Shown piece by piece: positions 50,704 through 59,958 of a DNA stretch of 64,000 bases. Position 1 is the stretch's first letter, and every line of letters starts with the position of its first letter. This stretch comes from an uncultured delta proteobacterium (GTDB lineage Bacteria; Desulfobacterota; Binatia; UBA9968). The DNA is taken from NCBI GenBank assembly GCA_963745035.1, contig CAVUVW010000013.1, positions 1,184,001 to 1,248,000 of the forward strand. The letters run 5' to 3'. Below the pieces are notes generated by a model that saw only the letters and a program-made list of their open reading frames with translations, did no database searches and was not told the origin of the DNA. The position numbers and the translations under genes were made by a program.

Positions 50704-52317
50704 TTACTGCGCCAGCCACACGTCGCGCAGATCCTGATTGACGTAGTGGCTTGGACCGATCTTCCAACCTTTGAGCCTGCTGCTGTGCGGCACGATGCGC
50801 TGCCACCACAGCACGGGGAACTGATAGGCCTGGTCGCCGATGACGCGTTTTTCGATCTGACGAAGGAGCGGCAAGCGATCTTTGAGATCGAGCATGCGGC
50901 TCTGCCGTTCGAACAATTCATCCACCGTCGGATCCTTGTAGCGGGAATAATTGATCGGGCTCTTGTCGCTGCTCAGATACTTGAGCAGATAGAGATCAGG
51001 CTCGTCCATAAACTCGCAGGTAAAATCGATGCCGGCGTCGTAGTTTCCCTGGCGAAAATCGTTGAAGTACGGCCCGCCTTCCTGCGGCGTATGCGTGACG
51101 TTGAGACCGATGCGGCGCCACTGATCGACGACAAAAACTCCGGTGATTTCGTAGGGCTCCCGAACATTGCGGTTCTTCAACACGAACGAATAGTTCTCCG
51201 GCACCCCGGCCTCTTTCAACAAACGCTTGGCTTCATTCCGAGCAGCGTTGATATCCTTGCCGAAACCGGGCAATTTGCCGAGCTCTGCCGCAGGCGTGGC
51301 GAACTCCGAGCCGGGGCGATAGACACCGCCGATGAATTTCATCACGGAGATTTGCGACAACGCCTTCGACGCCTCGTTGCGATCGATGGCGAGACTGAGC
51401 GCGCGCCGAACCCGCGCGTCGTCGAACGGCTTCTTTTCATTGTTGAATACGACCATCAAGTTGCACGCCCAGGGAGTTTCTTGGACCACGGCTTTGTTGC
51501 CCAAACTCTTGACGACATCGTCGCGCGCCGCCGGATTGAAGCCGCGAAACTCCACTGCCGCCTGCCCGCTCCGCACCGCGGCCACCCGTGGCGCGGTGTC
51601 GCGAATGAAAATCGCGCGATAGCTGTCCAGGTAGGGCCGTCCGGCGATGTGGTAGTTGGGATTTTTCTTGCCGGTCCAGTGCGAACCGGCGACGTATTCG
51701 CCGAAAGCGAACGGACCGGAGCCGAGAATATTTTTCTCGTACCAGCGCGGATCCTTCTTGAGCTTCTCCGCGCTGTAGATGAAATTCCAGGGCGAAGCGA
51801 GATTGGCGAGAAACGATGCCGCGATATGCTTCAGGCGAAACACCACCGTCAGCTCGTCGGGCGCTTCGACTCGATGGACCATGGCATAGGACGCCTTGCG
51901 GGCACTGGCGACGCCTTCCGGAGGAAAGATGATCTTGTCATAGGTCGCCTTGACGTCTTGCGCGGTCAGCGACGAGCCGTCGTGAAACTTGATGCCCTTG
52001 CGGATTTTCACCGTCAGGCTGAGACCGTCTTTGGAAAACGCCCAGCTCTCGGCCACGTCGCCGACGATCTTCGGATAATTGTGCGGATCGAAACGCAGCA
52101 GCGTGCTGTAGTGCGGCGCGATCGGATGGATCATCGCGAAAGTCGTCTCGCGGTGACCATCGAAGGAGGGCGGCGTTTCCGCGACGGCGAACACCAGCTC
52201 GCCGCCCGGTCGAGGAGCTTCTCCGGCCGATGCCCCGGCCGGAACGAGGGCCGAGATAAGGAGCGCGAGCGCCAATTTGAAATGACATGTAAGCAGGACT
52301 TTGAGCATGTAAAACAT
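50704..52317 (-). CDS. Peptide ABC transporter substrate-binding protein (family 5)
   Basis: IRKGIKFHDG, GSGPF, KPFDDARVRRALSLAIDR and AKRLLKEAG motifs; GGAGGAG RBS. Confidence 0.92.
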   Translation of the reverse strand: MFYMLKVLLTCHFKLALALLISALVPAGASAGEAPRPGGELVFAVAETPPSFDGHRETTFAMIHPIAPHYSTLLRFDPHNYPKIVGDVAESWAFSKDGLSLTVKIRKGIKFHDGSSLTAQDVKATYDKIIFPPEGVASARKASYAMVHRVEAPDELTVVFRLKHIAASFLANLASPWNFIYSAEKLKKDPRWYEKNILGSGPFAFGEYVAGSHWTGKKNPNYHIAGRPYLDSYRAIFIRDTAPRVAAVRSGQAAVEFRGFNPAARDDVVKSLGNKAVVQETPWACNLMVVFNNEKKPFDDARVRRALSLAIDRNEASKALSQISVMKFIGGVYRPGSEFATPAAELGKLPGFGKDINAARNEAKRLLKEAGVPENYSFVLKNRNVREPYEITGVFVVDQWRRIGLNVTHTPQEGGPYFNDFRQGNYDAGIDFTCEFMDEPDLYLLKYLSSDKSPINYSRYKDPTVDELFERQSRMLDLKDRLPLLRQIEKRVIGDQAYQFPVLWWQRIVPHSSRLKGWKIGPSHYVNQDLRDVWLAQ

Positions 52318-52471
52318 AAGTCTCCTCCGCAACGGATGTGGCAATGCCGTCCAACGCTGGCTGCGAAAGTATGGGATTCTCGCCGGTAATGTCAAGAAAG
52401 TAACCCGCTTTAACGATCGGCCGATGTTCTGCGGTTCATTTTCAATCCGCCATTGTGAAAACTCTATCGGA

Positions 52472-52499
52472 GCCCTTCGACACGGCTCAGAGCGAACGG
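52472..52499. repeat. REP-like unit (CCCTTCGACA.GCTCAG.GCGAACGG type)
   Basis: GCCCTTCGACACGGCTCAGAGCGAACGG; single copy in the window, recognised from its motif only. Confidence 0.5.
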
Positions 52500-52698
52500 T
52501 ATCAAGTACGGAATTTCAAAAGAAGTGATTCCGTTACGAGGTGAAAGATTTTTCCTCTGGGCGGCAGTCACAGCCAGTCTCGCCTCGATACTTTCGCTGT
52601 GAATCAAACCCATCGAAGGGCGCTGCGCAAAATTATCTGAAACATGTCCGACCAAGGATGAATTTGCCGCCTCGGTGGGCTAAAATGATCCGCTGATC

Positions 52699-53652
52699 AT
52701 GCGCGCTGAAAATCTCACTGTTGCAAATCACTCGACGCCATTTAGACACCGGCGCCTTGGCCGCCCAACGGTCATGACCGGTAACGAACGGCGCCGGATC
52801 AATCCCAATCGCGGGCTGATCAAGCTCTGCGAGCGCTACACGGACATCCTGGTTTCGCGCTTCGTCTACCCGCTGATCGGCCATCTTTGGAGTCCATACA
52901 GTTGGCTGCTTGAAAAACGCTTTACCCTCACGGAGGCGAAACTTTCGCCTGCCGGCTGGCCGCGCGGGCTCGCGCCGCTGCGACTGCTGCTCATCACGGA
53001 TATCCATGCTGGAATCTTTCTACAGCCGAAAACGCTCGGCTGGATCATCGCCGGCCTGATGCACACGAAACCCGATCTGGTCGCCATCGCCGGCGACATG
53101 GTCACCGGTCACGTCAGCGAGGCGAATCCCTATCTCGATGCGTTGGGGGAGCTTACCGCCGCGCCGCTCGGCGCCTGGTTCTGTTTCGGTAACCACGATT
53201 ATTTCGGCGGCGATCCGGAAGAGCTGCGCAAAAATTTGGCGGCGATCGGCATCAAGACACTGAAAAATGAGAGCGCGCGTCTCAGTCATCGCGGCGGTTC
53301 CTTCATTCTCGGTGGGATTGATGACTTACTTTTCGGCAAGCCCGACTGGCAACGCCTCGAAGCGACGCACGGCACGCCGCATTTGTTATTGGCTCACAAT
53401 CCGGATCATTTTTACGACGCCGTCGCGCGCAGCGTGCCGCTCATGCTCTCCGGCCACACCCACGGCGGCCAAATACGCCTCCGCAATGGTCCGCCGGTCA
53501 TTCGCCAAAGCCGATATTGCCTGGATGAGGGGAGCTACGCGAGCGGCGCATCGACTTTGGTAGTCTCGCGCGGTCTCGGCAGCGTTGCTTTGCCATTTCG
53601 CTGGGGCGCCGACCCGGAAGCAGTGCTCATCGAAATTGTTCCATCGTTGTGA
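52699..53652 (+). CDS. Metallophosphoesterase (YkuE-like)
   Basis: TDIH, GDMV, GNHD, LAHNPD, SGHTHGGQ and VSRGLG motifs; the true start may be downstream. Confidence 0.9.
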   Translation: MRAENLTVANHSTPFRHRRLGRPTVMTGNERRRINPNRGLIKLCERYTDILVSRFVYPLIGHLWSPYSWLLEKRFTLTEAKLSPAGWPRGLAPLRLLLITDIHAGIFLQPKTLGWIIAGLMHTKPDLVAIAGDMVTGHVSEANPYLDALGELTAAPLGAWFCFGNHDYFGGDPEELRKNLAAIGIKTLKNESARLSHRGGSFILGGIDDLLFGKPDWQRLEATHGTPHLLLAHNPDHFYDAVARSVPLMLSGHTHGGQIRLRNGPPVIRQSRYCLDEGSYASGASTLVVSRGLGSVALPFRWGADPEAVLIEIVPSL

Positions 53653-53724
53653 ATGGAAGCGCACGCTGGCGATAAGAGCTACCGCGAGAGTAAGTAGCGA
53701 TCTTCGATCCTCCATCCTCGATCC

Positions 53725-55038
53725 TCAGCGGTAGTCTGCGCCCCGGACTTTCAGGAATACTCGCGGAACATTCGGTAAAAATGTGCTGAACCGGAAAAGG
53801 TTCTTCTCATCGTCGATGCCAATCACGATCACCGGTTTGTAGGCTTCGATTTGCTTGCGCTGCCAAACCTGCCGCTCGCCGCGAACATTGGTCAAGATAA
53901 TATAGGCGCCTTCGCCCACCTGCTCGCGTGGCAGCGCGTTCAATAACGCGAAGAAGTCGATCGCGTGAAACTGCTTCAACGGCCACTCCTGCAATTCTTC
54001 TTTGCGATCGCGATAGATAAAGGCCAGCGTCTTCTTGAAACGCCCATCGACCGGATAGGCGCGAACCAATTTTTCGTACTTCCAAAGCGGCCGCGTCGAG
54101 TACGGCGGTTCGGCCCAGCGAACCTTGGCCTCGATCAGCGCCGCAAGCGGTTACGGGAGCGCTTTGACGCCCATAAATCCGAGTATCGTCCTGCGCACCG
54201 CGTTGTTCTCGTCATCGAGCTTGACGAGGCTGAAATGATCCGCGCCCTTGAACATGTGCTGATGAATTTCTTTCGCGCCCGCGGAACGAAGAGCATCGGC
54301 AAACCGCCGCGCGTCGAGGGCAAAGCCTGGAAAATCCGCGAAGGCGGTCATGATCAAGAACCGCGGCGCGCCGGCGCGCGCATGATGAATCGGAGAGGCG
54401 CGCTTCAATAGTGTGCGCTCATTGCCGAAGGTTTTCTCCGTGGCCAGTTTCTGATTATTGCTGACGCTCCACGTCGGCGCCAAGTCGTAGAGACCGCTGA
54501 ATGAGATCACGCCGGCAAGGGCATCGGCAGAAACCCCTTGCTTTGCAAGATAGCTCTTGTCGAGAGCCACCAAGGATGCCAGATGCCCGCCGGCCGAATG
54601 ACCGGAAAGATAAACCCGCTTGGCGTCGAAGCCATATTTGTCCGCGTCTCTTAGCAGACGCGCCACTGCCGCCGCGACATCCTGCGCCTGCGCGGGATGG
54701 GGGTGCGCGGGAGCCAATCGGTAGCGCACCAACGCCACGGCGACTCCATCATTGACCAAGTTTTCAGCCAGCGATGGTCCGATGCGATAGTCATCGTCCG
54801 GCAAAAGCCAGAAACCGCCGTGCACGAAGATCAAAAGCGGCGGTTTGGCATTGGTTTTACCCGGCAGATAGAGATCGAAGCTCTGCCGCACGTCGCCGCC
54901 GTCGTTATAAGGAACATTTTTGATCACGACCGGCGCCGGAGTTTTTGCGGGAAGAGACGCCCGCGGCGAGGGCTGCGCGGCGACCCATTGAGCTAAACAT
55001 AAAACGGCAAACCCTACACAGAATATCCGGATACTCAT
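53725..55038 (-). CDS. Exported alpha/beta hydrolase (HGG / GHSAGG) with C-terminal extension, interrupted by an in-frame TAA at 54151-54153
   Basis: Signal peptide; FVHGGFW, GHSAGGHL and ADHFS motifs; the same frame continues about 140 codons past the TAA. Confidence 0.75.
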
Positions 55039-55108
55039 GAAAGCAGCAGGTAAAATTTCGAAGAGATTCGCTAAGCGACTCGATGCTTCGAGCGAAATGT
55101 AAACAATA

Positions 55109-55137
55109 AAAGATTTCTCTCTTCGTTCGAAATGACA
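55109..55137. repeat. Single REP-like unit (TGTCATTTCGA family)
   Basis: AAAGATTTCTCTCTTCGTTCGAAATGACA, one mismatch to the unit at 5402-5430. Confidence 0.75.
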
Positions 55138-55216
55138 ACAGGGTTCCATTGCGTCTCTGCGGGAGATACTCCGAGATTCGGCCGCACATGATTGCTCGAC
55201 GCCAATCGGAGTTTCA

Positions 55217-56176
55217 TCACGCCGCGCATTTGTCCCGCCACTCTTTCAACAAGCGATCGCGTTCGCCGGCCTCCAGATGGTTCAGCGCCTGTGCGACGAT
55301 ATCGAGGCCGACCATCTCGCTCCACGCCTGGATCAGGCGCTTGGTCACCGGTCCCGGCACCTCCCTGGTCGGGCGCACGCCGTTGATGCTCTGCACCGGC
55401 AGGATCGTCGGGCTGGTGCTCGCGAGAAAAGCCTCCTCGGCATTGTAGGCATCATAGGGCGTAAAGTTGCCGTCCATCACTTCGATCTTCAGCTTCGCCG
55501 CCAACTCGAACAACGCGTCTTTGGTGATGCCGTCCAGCACGTTCTTGTTGGAAGGCGTGCACAGCCTGCCGTTCAAGACCAGAAAGAAATTGTGCGCGTT
55601 GGACTCGCTGATGTTGCCGTCGAGGTCGAGCATCAGCGGAATCGCGCGCGGATCGACCTGCTTGGCTTCGAAGATCGCCATGTTGTGATTCATCTTGTTG
55701 TTGATCTTGGCTTTGGGCTCCAGACACTGCGGTGGGATGCGCCGGGTGGACGGAACGACCAGCTTGACGCCGTCGATGTAATCGCGTGCGAACTCCTCGA
55801 AACCGATCGTGATGCAATAAATCGCCACGGTCGCTTGGCCCTGGGTTCGATTTCCTCGCGACGAGCGCAGACCTCGGCTGACGACCTGCCACAAAGCAAC
55901 TTCCTCGTTCTTTTCGAGCATCGGCCGATTGCGCTCGAGCACTTCCAAGGTAACTTTTTCCACTTCAGCCGGCGAAAGACCGCAATCGATGCGCGTATAG
56001 CGGAGCGATCGGAACAGCCGCGCGGTGTGATCGCGCAATCGAAATGGCTTGTGGGCGAAAGTTCGCGTCACATCGTAAACGCCGTCGCCGGCGTTGAAAC
56101 CCGAGTCGAGCACGGAAACTTTCGCTTCACTCTCCGGCACAAACGAGCCGCTCAGATAGATGATCTTTTCAGCCAT
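55217..56176 (-). CDS. Class IV PLP aminotransferase (branched-chain/D-amino acid type)
   Basis: GDGVYDVTR, HTARL, PKAK, LDGIT and AEEAFLAST motifs. Confidence 0.9.
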   Translation of the reverse strand: MAEKIIYLSGSFVPESEAKVSVLDSGFNAGDGVYDVTRTFAHKPFRLRDHTARLFRSLRYTRIDCGLSPAEVEKVTLEVLERNRPMLEKNEEVALWQVVSRGLRSSRGNRTQGQATVAIYCITIGFEEFARDYIDGVKLVVPSTRRIPPQCLEPKAKINNKMNHNMAIFEAKQVDPRAIPLMLDLDGNISESNAHNFFLVLNGRLCTPSNKNVLDGITKDALFELAAKLKIEVMDGNFTPYDAYNAEEAFLASTSPTILPVQSINGVRPTREVPGPVTKRLIQAWSEMVGLDIVAQALNHLEAGERDRLLKEWRDKCAA

Positions 56177-56203
56177 GATTCGCTCCTGCGTGACCCAAGT
56201 CTC

Positions 56204-57679
56204 TCAATGTTTATGAGGGACGGCGGCGCCTGTCAACGCGATATTCTTCGTCGCGCCGCCGAGCGCCGACGTCATCAGTGCGATGACGCTGAAAACTATC
56301 GCCGAAAGAAAAGTGATATTGAGTGCAGCCACGAAGCCCATCGGATTCTCGGTCGTCAGATTCGCCGCGGGCTGGCCAGTATAATGCTCGAACGCAAGCG
56401 ACATGCTCAATCCGCCCAGCGCCACGCCCAAGACATTAGCGAATCCGAAGGTGACGTGGTTTACGGCCGAGGCGAAGCCGCGATGCTCTCTGGGCATCAT
56501 GCTGATCATCGCGGTCGAATTGGCGGGGTTGAATATGCCGTTGGTGATGGCGCCGACAACGATCAAGAGAGCCGGCAGGATCCAGTGCGAATCGGTGCGC
56601 AGGAGCCCGCCGATCGCCAGCGAGACGATCATGAACAGCACGCCGCAACTCGCCGGCACCCGGGGCCCGAGCCGATCGGTCAAGTAACCGCTGAGCGGCG
56701 CCAGTGCCACGGTGAGAATCGACGGCGCCATGAACAGCATGCCGACTTGAGTCGCCGAGAGATGCAGCACATCCTGGAGATAAAACGGCAAGAGAAATCC
56801 CGTGAGCGAATAGCACATTCCGATCACCAGTAGACTGATGACGCTGAAGCTGAAGCGCCGGATCTTGAAAAGTTCCAAGTTGACGAAGGGATTTTTCGTT
56901 CGGGCCTCGTGCAGAAGAAATCCGGCTAGGCTGCCGACCAGGATGATCACCAGAAAAGTCTGCACCGAATCGCCGACCACTTGATGCGTGCGCCTGTCGA
57001 ATAGAAACACCAAGGTGGTCGTGATCGCAAATAGCAGCGCCGCGCCGAGATAGTCAATCGAAATAGGCGCATGCTTCATTGCATCGCGGCGGCGCTTCAG
57101 ATTGGCGAACGCAAGCACCGCGCCTACAAAGCCTACCGGCGCGAGCAGAAAAAAACTCCAGCGCCAGCTGAAGTAATCGATCATCAAGCCGCCGATGCTC
57201 GGCCCAAGGATGAATCCCACATGGTGCGCCGTGGTCATGTAGCCCTGCGCCCGTCCGGCGAGGTCTTCCGTCACCGACTCCGACGCCAGCGCCCGGCTCG
57301 ACGACTGCAGCATCGCGCCACCGACGCCCTGAACGAAACGAGCGAGGATGAGTTGGAGCACTGTCTGGGAAAAGCCGCACATCAGCGAACTGGCGGCAAA
57401 GACGAGAAACCCCAGCGCGAACATCTTCTCCCTGCCCCAAAGATCCGAGATCCGCCCGAAGATCATCGACAAGCCGATATTGGAAAGCTGGTATGAAAGC
57501 AGCGCCCAGGAAACACCGAGCAGATCCGTGCCCAAGCTCTGCGCCACCGTCGGCATCGAGATGCTGACGATGCGCGTCGCCGTGCCGGAAAAAAAAGTCC
57601 CGAGAAGCGCGGTTGCGAGCAGCAGATAATTGACGCGAGAATCCACGACGTTGTAGCGTTTCTTCGATGGAATTCTCAA
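56204..57679 (-). CDS. MFS transporter (DHA2/EmrB-like)
   Basis: GRISDLWGR, ARFVQGVGG and GPSIGG...SWRW motifs; many hydrophobic segments. Confidence 0.9.
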   Translation of the reverse strand: MRIPSKKRYNVVDSRVNYLLLATALLGTFFSGTATRIVSISMPTVAQSLGTDLLGVSWALLSYQLSNIGLSMIFGRISDLWGREKMFALGFLVFAASSLMCGFSQTVLQLILARFVQGVGGAMLQSSSRALASESVTEDLAGRAQGYMTTAHHVGFILGPSIGGLMIDYFSWRWSFFLLAPVGFVGAVLAFANLKRRRDAMKHAPISIDYLGAALLFAITTTLVFLFDRRTHQVVGDSVQTFLVIILVGSLAGFLLHEARTKNPFVNLELFKIRRFSFSVISLLVIGMCYSLTGFLLPFYLQDVLHLSATQVGMLFMAPSILTVALAPLSGYLTDRLGPRVPASCGVLFMIVSLAIGGLLRTDSHWILPALLIVVGAITNGIFNPANSTAMISMMPREHRGFASAVNHVTFGFANVLGVALGGLSMSLAFEHYTGQPAANLTTENPMGFVAALNITFLSAIVFSVIALMTSALGGATKNIALTGAAVPHKH

Positions 57680-57806
57680 TTATTAGCGGAGAACAGTTCA
57701 CGCGGCAAATGCTGAAGAGGAAATCAATTGGTGCACGGAGCCAGGTGCCAGGGAGGTTCGAGATAGATCAGATAAAAATAATTGCACCGTTCGCCACGGG
57801 TTGATT

Positions 57807-57996
57807 TGTCATTTCGAGCGCGAAGCGAGAAATCTTTCGCAGATAGTTTGTGACAATCTGGAGCCCCCATAGGAGAAAGATTTCTCCCTTTGGTCGAAAT
57901 GACAGAAAAAGAAAACAAAATTCCTTACATGCGCTAACCTGGAAGTTCTTCGATTCGAACGGCTTGAACGATTTGAACGTATTGAACGGCTTGAAC
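57807..57996. repeat. REP-like inverted pair (TGTCATTTCGA family) plus 9-mer tandem array (TTGAACGNN)
   Basis: Units at 57807-57837 and 57875-57904; TTCGAACGG CTTGAACGA TTTGAACGT ATTGAACGG CTTGAAC at about 57954-57996. Confidence 0.78.
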
Positions 57997-58011
57997 TTTG
58001 GGTTTTCTTTT

Positions 58012-58758
58012 CTACCGCCCGCCGGAAACGTCGAGGATTGCGCCAGTGGAATAGGAAGCCTCGTCCGATAAGAGCCACATGATCGCACGCGCAATTTCGT
58101 CGGCTTGGCCGCCACGCTTCATGGGAACGTAATGTTTGACTCGCTCCACGCGGTTGGGTTCGCCGCCGCTCGCGTGAATGTCGGTGTACACGACGCCGGG
58201 TCGCACGGCGTTGACGCGAATTCCCTCGGTGGCGACTTCCTTCGCCAAGCCGATCGTGAAGGTATCGATCGCCGCTTTCGCGGCGGCATAGTCGACGTAC
58301 TCTTCCGGCGAGCCGAGCTTCGCCGCCACTGAGGAAACGTTGACAATGGCGCCGCCGCTGCCGCCATGCCTGGTGGACATGCGGCGAATCGCCTCGCGCG
58401 CGCACAAGAAGCTCCCGGTAACGTTGACGGCGAACACGCGGTTCAAGCGCGCCGCATCCATATTTTCAACTCGCGTTTGCTGGTTGACGATACCAACATT
58501 GTTCACCAATGCGGTGACCGGCCCGAGCGAGTCGTCCACGGTCTTGAACAGCCGGATAACGTCGGCCTCGACACTCACGTCGGCGCGAACAGCCACGGCG
58601 GTTCCGCCGGCGCTCACGACGTCTCGTACAACCGAATTCGCCGCGTCCTCGTTGCGCAAGTAGTTGACGCACACGGCATAGCCGGCGTTTGCCGCAAGAC
58701 GAGCCGTCGCTGCGCCGATTCCTCGGCTACCACCGGTGATAATGACAATGTTTTTCAT
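58012..58758 (-). CDS. SDR family oxidoreductase (YgfF-like)
   Basis: TGGSRGIG, VNNVG, NVSS, YAAAK and LDVSGGR motifs. Confidence 0.92.
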   Translation of the reverse strand: MKNIVIITGGSRGIGAATARLAANAGYAVCVNYLRNEDAANSVVRDVVSAGGTAVAVRADVSVEADVIRLFKTVDDSLGPVTALVNNVGIVNQQTRVENMDAARLNRVFAVNVTGSFLCAREAIRRMSTRHGGSGGAIVNVSSVAAKLGSPEEYVDYAAAKAAIDTFTIGLAKEVATEGIRVNAVRPGVVYTDIHASGGEPNRVERVKHYVPMKRGGQADEIARAIMWLLSDEASYSTGAILDVSGGR

Positions 58759-58945
58759 AGTTGAGTGACTTTGACTTCCAACACGATTTTGATGGTCGAT
58801 TAACTATTCGGTGATAAACCACAGGATCAGAATTCGATGTCCAGTTTTCTTCAAAGCGAATTACCAGAATATTTTATCGGATCACAGTTCGCCTGGATTC
58901 CCGCTAAAAGCATGCGGAAATGACGATAAAAGGCCATGGCCCGCA

Positions 58946-59926
58946 TTAACGAAGCTCCTCGAGGAACTTCGCGATGTCGCGGCTCCAGTCCTCGCGCCGT
59001 GCTTCGACGATGGGCATGTGCGGAACACCGTCGTAAGCGATGAATCGAGCATGGGCGCCCATCGCCAAGGCGATGCTGCGCGCCTCTTGGACGGTCGTGC
59101 GCTCATCCTTTTCGCCATGCAATATCAGCGCGGGTTGCTTTACTGCGCGCGCATAGTCCACCGGATTGTGCGCGAACGCATCGAAACCATTCTGAACGCC
59201 TCCCCAGAAGAGCAGCAACTCGGCGAATGGCGACGCCGGGAAGTCCCATGGCCCGAAAGCGATTTTTGCCGGTATTGAGAAGACTGTCGAAAGTCGCCTC
59301 GATGATAAGGCCATCAGCCTTGACGCCATGCGCCGCAATTGCGCGCAGCACTGCCGCGCCGCCCATGGAAATGCCGTAGAGAACAATTTTCCGCTCCGGC
59401 CACGTCCGTCGCATGTATTCCACCGTCGCGACAACATCGCGAGATTCTTTTACGCCAATCGTCGTTCCCGATCCCGAAGAACCGCCCGAGCCGTAGAAAT
59501 CCACGAGCAACATCGCATATCCAAGCTGATGAAATGCGCGAGCCGTGTTCAACAAAGTCGATTTGCTCGCCGCATAGCCATGAAAAAGCGCACGATCAAC
59601 GGCATCGCGTCCTTTCCCGGTATATACCACGCCTCCAAGGGCGAGGCGTTTGAACTCGAGAAGCGATGCGTCTCGAACGAAAGATCTAGATCGCCGGTGT
59701 GCGCCCGGTCTGTGGCCGCGGAATATTCACGCCCGAGAAAAACACGGTGACTTTATCGAAAAGACTTAAGCGTTCCGGGCGCCGCCGTGCGCTCGCCGCG
59801 CTCGGCAAAATGCGTCATCGCCCAAACCTGCATGAAAGCGGCTCCGTTCGCGCCGACTAAAGCGCCGAGCATCACAGCAGAAAAAAGTTTGACCAAACGG
59901 CGAAAGGAAGGCTCCGCAAGACGCAT
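58946..59926 (-). CDS. Membrane-anchored alpha/beta hydrolase, multiple frameshifts
   Basis: N-terminal TM segment; LFHGY, DFYGSGGS, GISMGG, LHGEKD and GVPH spread over several frames. Confidence 0.75.
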
Positions 59927-59958
59927 TTTGCAGTCACTCGCCCTAACTTGCCATGTCA

